Positions 1 to 10,249 of a DNA stretch of 64,000 bases are shown here, piece after piece. The position numbers and the translations under genes were made by a program. The notes under the pieces are model-generated. The model was not told the origin of the DNA, did not search any database, and saw nothing but the letters and a program-made list of their open reading frames with translations. The DNA is from Lama guanicoe. Taxonomy: Eukaryota. How positions within the stretch are numbered: position 1 is the stretch's first letter; every line of letters begins with the position of its first letter. The stretch is taken from the NCBI GenBank assembly GCA_013239625.1, contig MU054187.1, forward strand, positions 9,507,231 through 9,571,230, written 5' to 3'.

Positions 1-638
1 CCCTCTAGCCTTAATTTATCTCCCTCTTCTATTGTACACTAGTTGTCAACCTTGTAGTGGAGGGGTAGAGAGTCACAGAGGCCTTAGAAAGTCTGCTGGG
101 GAAAAGAGATCTTCTATTCATCAAAATGCACATGCGTGCATACACGTTTGCATAAAACACCAGGGGATTCATGTCCCTCTGAAATTCACTCATGGAACCC
201 CAGTTAAGAACGTCTGTCTTCCAGTCCATGTCTCCCCATCACCTGCTCTTTTCTCTTGAGGTCTCTTAACAAAAGTAGAACGCTACACAGAGCTAGAAGC
301 AGCGTGGACAGAAACTAGTGAAGCTCACTTCATAGACAAGGAAACTGACAGGGAGGGGTGAAGTGACTTACTAAAGCACCCACAACTATGGAGTGGCAGA
401 GATGGAGCCAGAACCTGTCCCCGGACTACCCTTCAAGGGTTCTTTGCAAAAGTATGTTTGAATAACAACTCCCACTCAGAGAACTCTAAAACCAAGAAAT
501 AATGTTATCCCATTTTTCACATGGGATGGTGATCCCTTGAGGAATTTGTCCTCAAGCGATCGGGCCAGAAATCGCCAAGACTCATGCTCAGAATGATAAT
601 TACTAAACAAACCAGCAATGTTGTTGCACTTTATTCTA

Positions 639-947
639 CAGGAATACCTTGTTTTATTGTGCTTTACAGATACTGCTTTTTTTTTTAACCAATTGGAAGG
701 TTTGTGGCAACCCTGCACTGTCAGATGATGGCTAGCAATTTTTACCAATAAAGTGTTCTTAATTAAGGTATGTACATTGTCTTTTTAGACACAATGCTAT
801 TTGCACACTTAACAGACTACAGTATCGTGTAAACATAACTTTTATATGCACTGGGATACCAAAAGATTCATGAGACTTGTTTCATTGCAATATTCACTTT
901 ACTAGGGTGTCTGGAATTGAACCTGCAATCTCTCTAAGGTATGCCTG
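639..947 (+). mobile_element. Tigger1-type (TcMar-Tigger) internally deleted DNA transposon
   Basis: Terminal inverted repeats CAGGAATACCTT...AAGGTATGCCTG, flanked by TA at 637-638 and 948-949. Internal motifs such as GAAGGTTTGTGGCAACCCTG match the Tigger1 consensus as I recall it. Confidence 0.85.
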
Positions 948-3900
948 TACTTTACCCTCCTTATATTGAAATTCTCTGACTAGCTTTCTCTGAAGCAACA
1001 CCAAACTATGAAACAAAACTGCCCCAATTTTGTTATCTGAGTTAACTCTGAAGCTTTCTTTAAAACTTTTCTATAATTGTAACAATCAAAGAACATCATC
1101 AGTCCTAGATCTTGGGACGGGAAAGATACAGATAAAGCCAGTCCACCCTCATCTTTCATTCCCAGACTTGACTATATAAATATAAATATTTTTACAAATA
1201 TCTTTAGAATATATCTTCTATCTTCTTCCCTATGGGACATTTTTCCAGAATAACCAACAAATAGTAAAATGGACTATACTCTGCTCATTCTCTACCCTAC
1301 CTTTCAATTCTCAAAGAATTTTAACAGTAAGGAAAAAAAAGAAAAGAAAAAAGAAAAGCATCATGAATAACTTAGGAAACAACAATCATCCTCCACGTTA
1401 TTAAAACCTGATTAGCACTTGAGTAGTCACGGTCTCCTTGCGAACACAGGAAGCTGTCTCACTACGTGGAGTCATACAACAGCCTAGGAAATGAGATAAA
1501 TGACTCAGGAAGAGGGGGAGGTTTGTAAAGTGGATGTATCAGTCAAAAACTTTAATCAACAATCAGGAGAGAAAGTACTTTATAAGAAGTTAATATTGGA
1601 ACATCTGAAGAAGAGCATAGCTTTTTAACAATAGGATCACAGAGCTGAATCGTAAAGGCCACCCAGTTAAAACTCTTCATTTTCCAGATGAATAAACTGA
1701 AGCCTGAAACCTAAACTATATCTCCTTTGAAAGCCACAGGCTTTCCAGAGAAGGGAACCCGGGACCCACCACAAGAAGGCAGCTTCCCCATCTGAAATCC
1801 AAACTGTCTTGGATAATAAGACAATTGAAATAAATACTGGAAAATGCCAGGAACGTTATTTATACATTCTAAATAGTAAGTCCTAGTTAGGCCTTGGGGA
1901 AGAGTACACACACCACAAGCAATTGGATCTTCTGCATTACCAAGTGCTCAGGGAGCCAGGTGAGACCGCGGTGCACTCTTGGGATACTGACAAGGATGCA
2001 GTGACACACTTACTTGCCACTAAGAGGCTCTTTCCTTTGCTGTCTTCCTTTGGCAAACAAAGACACCTAGAAAAAGAGAAGTGTAGGCTACAGAATTTAT
2101 CATGTATTTGGTCATACTTTTTAGTTTTTCTATCTGTTTTCATTTTTCACAGATATGTTCTAAAAATAATGGGTTAATAATGTTGAGGAACAATTTTTTG
2201 GTTAAGAGGAGCCAAGAATTAATGTCTGCTTGGCATAGGAATAACTTCCCTGTGCATTCTTGATACTGCTCATGCAGGAAGTTTAGAAGAAAAATTTGAT
2301 GGGCGGATCAATATGTGTTCACACAGGGTCTAGGACTAGAAAGACAAATTGGCAATGCAAGTGCTTTCTTCAGGGGAAAGGAATTTAGAGCTCAGCTGCC
2401 TAATCTGGAATAAATCTACTCTCATTATTTACAGAAAACATTCAAATTTTATTGATTTAAGAACAGAAAGATTCCTTACTGATTGCAATTTTATTTTCAT
2501 AAGTGAAAATTAATAGAATTATTATATAAATAATAAATGTATCTAAATGTTCTGTTATTGGATTATTTAAGTGCAAATATCCCTAAAATTCTGGAACTTC
2601 AGTTTTCCTTTTTATATCAAACTTTCATTCTTATATTGCACTCCTTATAGACGTAAAATTTAAAGCCTAACACCAATCTCATTCCCTTGGGCTGTGGTGA
2701 TGAAATCCTATGAATGAAAACCATCAGCCAGTGGTGCTTACACGTCTTACAGGTGGTGATAAGATTTTGGCAAATGCAGTTTTCTAAAACAAAAGCTGTT
2801 GTATATTTTACAGAGAACAAAACAACTTAAATCAACTCTAAAATGCTACCATCATTTTTCCTATCCTAAACTCCAAAGTTCCTTTTAGGCAAATGTAGAA
2901 TGTTTGGTAGTTATTCTATCTGCTTCTACACTAACTACACAAAACCTTAAGCTATGTCTTCTTTCTTTTAAAAACAACAAAATAGATTTTGTGTATCAGT
3001 TTCTGACTAAAGCTGAAGCACGTGATTACACAAGCGTTTTGTCCATGATCAAGAAATTTTCAAAATTAAATTTTCCCTTCAAGTACTTCCAAGTTAAATT
3101 ATAAATCAGTAAAAATTAACCATGTGGAAATAATGTAAGCATTTTAAGGGCCCTTCTCTGCTATTTTATCAAATTACTGGAACATTGAATTTTCTAGACA
3201 AAAATACTCAAAATAACTATGTTCACAGCAGGAACATAAAGAATGGTTGAATCATACCTAACAATTTCCGCTACCAAAAAGGGACAACTGAGAAATGTTT
3301 AGAAAGTAAATCTAAGTGAATGCAGGATCCATCAGAAAAGACTATGTACGACCCTTTCCTATACCATGAAAGTATATTCACATATACCTGCACATCCCTG
3401 CTATGCTTTCTTTTACTTAACACTGCACAGTCTTGTCTAACATAACGATGATGCAAATGCAAGCTGGAGATCACCACATACCTACTTGCCTCAATAAGAT
3501 ATTTTTTAAAGCCCCAAATCCCAGTCTTACCAGTTTTGCTCACCTTGAATCTAACAGCCAACACTAATCCCTTTTTAATTTAGAAAAGTCTATGTATTAG
3601 GCTTATTCTTTAAAGCAATCATGTATTGAACACCTATTATGTATTCAGCCCTACGCGCAGCAAAGTGGAAATAAGTCAGCCTCCAGTCATCAAGGAAATT
3701 AAAATCGACTTAGATTATTAAAAAAGTTGAACATAAAACAAAGTTAAGAGCTGACCTATATGAATCAAACCAAACAGCATTTCATCCAGTGAAAATTCAT
3801 ACTACTCAACACCTAGCAACATCTGCTTTTTTCCCCCAACTCAGAAGACTGAGAGAGGAGCTAAATCCTACCTTGTTGTACTTCCTATTTAAGGCCCAAC

Positions 3901-4473
3901 TGTGATCATATGGTCTTTATTCTTTAATTTGTTAATGTTGTGTACCACATGGATTGACAAATCATAAATTTCTCTTAGCCTTTCTTTCTTCTCCACTGTT
4001 CCATAAGGTCTCAATAATGTCTGGGACATAGTAGTGATTCAAATGTTCATTAAATGAATGAATAAATCAGAAGCTAAGCCAAGCCCAGAGCAGCCTTATC
4101 AATGAACTTAAGGGTCTCCTACAGCAAATCCCAAAAGCAGTTAAGGTTCTAAGCAGTTACCTAATATGACCTTTGAACTAGCCTTGGCCCCATGGGATAA
4201 CTGGTATTAAAGACTTACTGCTGAGTGTTAAGGCAAAGGCTCAGAAAAAAACCAGCAAATCCTAAAACGCTTTTTTTTTAAATGAAGAAAGAATATTATA
4301 GCACAATGCCTGACCCATAAAATGTGCTCACTGTATGTCTGATGAGTGAATGAACAAATGCAGAGCTGAGGAAAGGTAGCAGCTCCAAAAGAGAACAAAC
4401 TTGGGGCAGGTGTGATAGATGGGGTTGTATCTAAAGCCCTCTCTGGCTGAAACTCAAATCTATTTCCTTACGG

Positions 4474-4557
4474 CTACTATGTCCATTTCTTTTTTTTTTT
4501 ATTATTGATTTGTAATGATTTTACAATGTTGTGTCAAATTCTACTATGTCCATTTCT
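4474..4557 (-). mobile_element. Extremely 5'-truncated young L1 insertion (~50 bp) with a perfect 17-bp target-site duplication
   Basis: CTACTATGTCCATTTCT at 4474-4490 and again at 4541-4557. Between them are a poly(T) run and the reverse complement of an L1 terminus (TTGACACAACATTGTAAAATCATTACAAATCAATAA), similar to the L1 end at 55450-55490. Confidence 0.85.
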
Positions 4558-4640
4558 ATGGGTGAAATCTCCAGCTACCCCTTCTTCACTCCTCCCAACA
4601 TCCCATTAAAGGAAAACAAAACCTGTAAACCACACAATCA

Positions 4641-4795
4641 GCAGTGCCTCCCAAACTTGAATGTACACACTTATCACTTAGTTAAAATGAAGGTTCTGAA
4701 TCATGACATCTGGAGTGAGGCCAGTGATTCTGCATTTCTAACGAGCCCCCAGGTGATGCTATGCGGCTGGTCAACAAACCACACTTTTCAAGTAT
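4641..4795. mobile_element. MER5-like hAT-Charlie MITE
   Basis: CAGTG..TCCCAAACTT start and the TCTGCATTTCTAAC.AGC.CCCAGGTGATGCT motif typical of MER5A. Confidence 0.65.
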
Positions 4796-5379
4796 CAAGA
4801 GCCTGGACACACTGCGGAGAATATGTGTGCTGTCTTAAAGCCAGAGTTAAGATACCTCCTGCTCCCGTATGTCCTAGTTGTATAAACTTGGACAAGCCAC
4901 TTTACCCCTCTGAGCCTTCCTTTGTCATCAGTGGAACATGGAGAAAAACAACAGCTTACACTTACTGAATGCTTACTATTTACCAGAAACTAATGCTTCA
5001 CATTTATCAACTTATGAATAGGACTTAGGTTAAACAACCTGTCCAACGTAGGTACAACAAACCTAGACCTTATTCTAGGTACTTTGATTCAAGAGCCTGG
5101 TGTTTAACCACTGTATAAGAGACATTATGAAGATTAAATAATAATTGGTATTTAGCTCACATTTATTGAACACAATATGCTCCAGACACCAGGATAAGCT
5201 CTCTTGGGAGCATATTAACTCATTTACCTTTATGACAGCCCCAAGAGATAGATACTATTAGTATCCTCATCTTATAGGTTTTAAAATAGGCCCAAACAAA
5301 TTAAACAGAGGAAGGTCACACACTAGCGCAGTCAAGGTTGGAACCCAGGCAGTCTAACTGCAGAGCCCCGCGCTCTTCC

Positions 5380-6029
5380 GCCACAAGCCCTGAGAGGGTG
5401 AGGCCGCGGGGCTCTGAGCCACCAGACAGCAGCTTGCTGGGATGCGCCCACCGCCGCGCCCATTCGGGGCGTTCTAACTGCCAGGCCCGCTCGCTTCGAA
5501 GCAAACCAGGTCTTCCTCCACACTCGGCTTTAGGCCTATCTGTGGGAAGGGTCCTTCTCGGGCCACACCAAGGACCCCCATGAACGGGTCAGGGCTCTGG
5601 TGAAATAGTGTCTAGTCCCAAGACGAGCTGATTAGCTAAACATCGTGGGAACCGACTTACACTAAAACTGTAACACAGTCACAGTGGGACCCTCACCCTG
5701 AATCTGCGGCCCCCAAAAGCTCGGGCCGCTTCCTTACGCTGCTGCATCCTGGAATTTGTAGTCGGGACTCCTTTCCTGCTCCGCCTACACCGAGGCCGGG
5801 GCCAAAGCGGGCCGCCTCTAATCCCATCTGCTCTCCAACACCGCCCTCTGCCGGCCTCTCCTCGGGTCGCCCGCATTGTGAGCCCCTTCCGGGTGCTCCG
5901 GAAGGGAAGCTTTCTCTTCCGGGACGAGCGTCTGGGCGGCCGCACGTGGTTGTATTGCCGGGTTTGAGCTGGCGCTGGCGGAGAAGTAATTTAAAGTGTC
6001 TCCCGGAGCGAGTGAGCCGGGCCGGAGCC
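5380..6029 (+). promoter_or_regulatory. RRS1: RRS1 CpG-island promoter and 5' UTR
   Basis: CpG-dense sequence upstream of the ATG. It has a ZNF143/SBS-like motif on the - strand (GACTACAAATTCCAGGATGCA, 5743-5763), ETS-like CCGGAAG motifs at 5886-5892, 5898-5904 and 5916-5922, and a CACGTG E-box at 5943-5948. Confidence 0.75.
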
Positions 6030-7127
6030 ATGGAGGGCCAGAACGTGGAGGAGCTGCTGGCAAAGGCGGAGCGAGACGAAGCAGAGAAGCTGCAGCGCAT
6101 CACGGTGCACAAGGAGCTGGAGCTGGAGTTCGACCTGGGTAACCTGCTGGCCTTGGACCGGAACCCCCCGACAGGGCTGCGGCACGCGGGACCCACGCAG
6201 GAGGCCGAGCTGCGGGCCCTGGCGCGGGACAACACGCAGCTGCTCATCAACCAGCTGTGGCAGCTGCCCACCGAGCGCGTGGAGGAGGCGCTGGTGGCGC
6301 GGCTGCCGGAGCCCACCACTCGGCTGCCGCGCGAGAAGCCGGTGCCCCGGCCGCGGCCGCTCACACGCTGGCAGCAGTTTGCGCGCCTTAAGGGCATCCG
6401 TCCCAAGAAGAAGACCAATCTGGTGTGGGACGAGGTGAGCGGCCAGTGGCGCCGCCGCTGGGGCTACCAGCGCGCCCGCGACGACACCAAGGAATGGTTG
6501 ATCGAGGTGCCCGGCAATGCTGACCCCATGGAGGACCAGTTCGCCAAGCGGATTCAGGCCAAGAAGGAACGGGTGGCCAAGAACGAGCTGAACCGGCTGC
6601 GTAACCTGGCCCGCGCACACAAGATACAGCTGCCCAGCGCGACCGGCATGCACCCCACCGGACACCAGAGTAAGGAGGAGCTGGGCCGCGCCATGCAGGT
6701 GGCCAGGGTCTCCACCGCCTCTGTGGGACGCTTCCAGGAGCGCCTGCCCAAGGAGAAGGCGCCCCGGGGCTCCGGCAAGAAGAGGAAGTTTCAGCCCCTT
6801 TTCGGGGACTTTGCTGCCGAGAAAAAGAGCCAGCTGGAAATGCTGCGAGTGATGAACAGCAAAAAGCCTCAAATGGACGTGACGAGGGCCACCAATAAGC
6901 AGATGAGGGAGGAGGACCAGGAAGAGGCGGCGAAAAGGAGGAAAATGAGTCAGAAGGGCAAGAGAAAGGGAGGCCGACAGGGTCCTGGGGGTAAGAGGAA
7001 AGGGGGCCCGCCCAGCCAGGGAGGGAAGAGGAAAGGTGGCTTGGGAGGCAAGATGAATTCCGCGCCGCCTGGCTTGGGTGGCAGGAGAAAAGGAGGGCAA
7101 CACCACGGAGGAAAGAGGAGGAAGTAA
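6030..7127 (+). CDS. RRS1: Ribosome biogenesis regulatory protein RRS1, single exon, 365 aa
   Basis: The ORF reads MEGQNVEELLAKAE...ELEFDLGNLLALD...LPREKPVPRPRPLTRWQQFARLKGI...KKTNLVWDE...WRRRWGY and ends in a G/K/R-rich tail. The ATG at 6030 is in a strong Kozak context (GCCATGG). The ORF track's GTG start at 5946 lies in the 5' UTR. Confidence 0.98.
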   Translation: MEGQNVEELLAKAERDEAEKLQRITVHKELELEFDLGNLLALDRNPPTGLRHAGPTQEAELRALARDNTQLLINQLWQLPTERVEEALVARLPEPTTRLPREKPVPRPRPLTRWQQFARLKGIRPKKKTNLVWDEVSGQWRRRWGYQRARDDTKEWLIEVPGNADPMEDQFAKRIQAKKERVAKNELNRLRNLARAHKIQLPSATGMHPTGHQSKEELGRAMQVARVSTASVGRFQERLPKEKAPRGSGKKRKFQPLFGDFAAEKKSQLEMLRVMNSKKPQMDVTRATNKQMREEDQEEAAKRRKMSQKGKRKGGRQGPGGKRKGGPPSQGGKRKGGLGGKMNSAPPGLGGRRKGGQHHGGKRRK

Positions 7128-7553
7128 ATTTCACCCTTGGACCCGCTTGTAAAACCGAGAACTGTACTAAGAACTGTTACTAATCTCTAGGTACTGTAAG
7201 GGGATGCGGAAGATGTGGCTGCTGCCTTCATTGGCTTGAGATTGAAGGGACAGGACTGCCTTCCTCTCAAGATAGTATGTAAATACTGAACTCGACACAT
7301 TAATGTATTTCCCACAACCAAACTTGGGCTGGAAATTAAAGGCTGTATTTAAGGGCATAAGAATTAGGTTGGAAGCTGGAGTGAGTTCTGTTTTTTAAAC
7401 AACCAATTTTTTCTTTTAAACTTTGGAGTGGTGTGAGAGGAAGCTGGTCATATTTCAGAGACTTAGATTGATTTCTGCATTATTTTGGTAAACTTCTGTA
7501 TCAAAGAGGGGAACAGAAAGATTACATTTGCAGAACTGTTGTAAAGGTTATTT

Positions 7554-7559
7554 AATAAA
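7554..7559 (+). terminator. RRS1: Probable RRS1 polyadenylation signal
   Basis: AATAAA ~430 nt after the stop, followed by T/GT-rich sequence. Confidence 0.7.
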
Positions 7560-8547
7560 AGTTTGTCTGTATCTAATGTTGCTTTTAACTTTTTGGCTCT
7601 TGGTACAAATCTTAAGTAAAGCCTGTGACCTGGATATCTGGTACAGATTATTTTCATTTACTTTCTAAAAAACATGTAGCAGCTAAATTATGTTTTCAGC
7701 AAGACCACTGTTATTAGACAAACTCATACTTGTTTGGGTATCAGATAAAATACCGGAAGCGTAGTACAACTGGTGTCTCTTTCAAAAAAGATTTAATGCT
7801 TTTCAACACTGAAAACATTAATTTACTGTAAATGGTGATTTGGGGCTTTGCTAAATAATGGTAATCATCTCTCATTAATCCTAATTTTTATACTTAAATC
7901 TTTATCAACACTTACGTCCCCAGTTTTTTAAAGCTTCAAGTAGGGTCTGTTTGGGGAAGAAAGAAACCCACATGATACATTTGTCAAATTGACCTGAGCT
8001 AGTTTGATTAGGAGGTGAAATGTCTACAACTATCCTGAGTCTCCTTCCCTAATTGATTTCAGTAACTCATCTTTGTTAAAATAACTGTCTCCTGAAGAGG
8101 GTTCATAGTACATGGAGGGGGTGAGGGTTTGCTGCTGTTATACTCTGGGAAGCCACTCTAGTCTTGCTTTTTGGTCTGACAATTGATAGGAAATTAAAAT
8201 TGGTAGTTCATTTTGTCTTCCTTTTTTTTTCAGTATTGTCTCATTTTTATGATACTTTTAGAAACTGCTATGAAAGAAGATTAATTCACATTTCATAATA
8301 GGTTACTAAAAACGCAAATGTTCATTTGTTACTGTCTGAAAATACTTTCTGATAAAGTTGAATTTTGCCATCATTGATCAGCGTTTCCATGGGACATGGG
8401 GCACTTGACGCCAGTCCCCCGGGTCCCCTTGTAACCAAGGAAAGTATTAACTACTGATGAAACCATTTAATAGTATCGTGAACAACTTCATTAAAAGCCA
8501 AGCCATTCGTAAAGCATTTAACACCTTTTAAGTTCTCAGCTGTCCAG

Positions 8548-8571
8548 GGTGGTGGTGGTGGTGGTGGTGGT
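8548..8571. repeat. (GGT)8 microsatellite
   Basis: Read directly from the sequence. Confidence 0.9.
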
Positions 8572-8879
8572 GTCATTTTGTTTGGGAATTTTTCTGCCTT
8601 TGGTTTTGTGACTTGATTTAGCATTGGACACAGCACTGGCCTTGCTAAAAAAAAAAGTATCCTCGGGCTTTTTGCAAGGTTCTTGTTTACTGTTAACATA
8701 AAGTTAAATACACTGTCTTACTTTATTCTGAAAATACTCTGAAAAGGCAAACTAGCATTTTAAAGAAGTTAGAGTGGAAAAAGAATGCCCCAGTTTCTCC
8801 CTTTCCCCACGTCCCCGACATGAGAAGTAGAGGGTTTTAAACAGAGACCTGTACTCAAAACCCTACGGAGCAGTTTCCT

Positions 8880-9240
8880 TCACGGCAATTTCGAAGGTAG
8901 ACGGTGAGACTTTGCAGCGGCGCAGTCGTAGTTTTGACCGTAGGGAAACGGTCCGGAGCCGGGGGGCCGAGGCTGGGGCTGGTGACCCTGCAGAGCCAGG
9001 ACGCGCAGCGTGAGTGCGGGGTCGGCCGGGCGGGCGGGCAGGCGGGCAGGCAGGGGACCGGAGGGTGCCGCTGTGCCCACGCAGCCCCCGGGGAGCGACC
9101 CGCCCAGGCCCTGCGCATTCTTCCTCCGGTCACTTTCAAGATCTCGGGGACGGGGTGCCGCAGGGCGCGTCCGCTGCGCGCGAGCCGGGCCGGCGCTGTC
9201 CGTGTGCCAAGCAGCCAAGCGCGGCGCGGTGAGGCCGCTT
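8880..9240 (+). promoter_or_regulatory. ADHFE1: ADHFE1 CpG-island promoter / exon 1 region
   Basis: CpG-dense island surrounding the exon 1 donor, with GC-box-like GGGCGG repeats at ~9028-9050. Confidence 0.75.
8940..9009 (+). other. ADHFE1: ADHFE1 exon 1 remnant (5' end approximate); no ATG
   Basis: Ends ACGCGCAGC|GTGAGT, giving CGC GCA GC (R-A-A, phase 2). This matches the end of mammalian ADHFE1 exon 1 and joins exon 2 in frame. There is no ATG between the in-frame TAG at 8828-8830 and the donor. Confidence 0.7.
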
Positions 9241-10249
9241 TTACTCTGCATGTTCTCCGGTTGAGAAAACTAAGGCCCAGAGAGGAGGCTGCCTAGTCCC
9301 AGATCGAAGCAGGCAGTGGAGAGCTTGGCACAGTGACCAAAACAAATGCATGTATCCGATCAGCATATACCTATTGGCTGTATGTAATGTGACAAAAACT
9401 ATTCTTGGTGCTGGGGATACAAAGACGAAAGACTGGAGCAGTTTACAGTCTAGCGGGAATTGCATGAGGGGACAGGGCAAAATGGGCCTGTACAGAACAG
9501 AACGGACAGAGGGTGTAGAAGAGAGATGGATGTGAGAAATCACCAAGAGCTTGACCCCCCTGGCACGTACGGGAGTCACAGTATTAAAATAAACATTATG
9601 ACATGTCTGACTTCCCCTCCAAAAATGCCAGGTACGTAGTAGCTGCCTGTTAAATGCTTGTTGAATGTGCAGGTGCACGAGTCGGCCTGGGAAAACATGG
9701 GGGTGGGGGTGGGAATGTACTACAAGGTGGAGCTAAAGAGGGAGAAAAGAGGGAGACTAGAGAGGAATTTTAGGCAAAAAGGAAGAGCAGCACCAGAGGC
9801 AAAAGTCGCAGTTCCAGGATCTAAAAGTAGTTAAAGTCTGGACTTACCTTCACAGGAGAAGGTGAAGATAGAAAAGAGAGATGGTGAAAGGCCATGAATT
9901 AGAAAACAGCTAACATTTACCGTGCACTTACCATGTGCCAGGCACTGTCCTACACACTTGACATGTTCTAATCCTTACAACAACCCTATGCAATACTGTA
10001 TTATCATCATATTACAGGTAAAGAAATAAAGCCATGGAGAAAAATAATTTGCCCAGTGTCATACACTAAGCAAATGGCACATCCATCATTTGAACTCAGA
10101 TACTCCGGCTTCATAGTCCTTGTTATACTAAGGAATTTTAATTGTGTCCTATAGATATTCGAAAGCTATTGAAGCAGTAGTCCTCACTGTGAAACACATA
10201 CTTTAAGATGCCTCGTGGGAAAAAGAATGCCTTGGCCAATTAAGGAGGG

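Noticed and set aside
5946..6029. 28-aa N-terminal extension of RRS1 from a GTG start
   Set aside because: The GTG is part of the CACGTG E-box. The ATG at 6030 has a strong Kozak context and gives the expected 365-aa length.
5693..7134. Long minus-strand ORFs (241, 371 and 248 aa) overlapping RRS1
   Set aside because: They are antisense shadows of a GC-rich coding exon and show no recognisable protein features.
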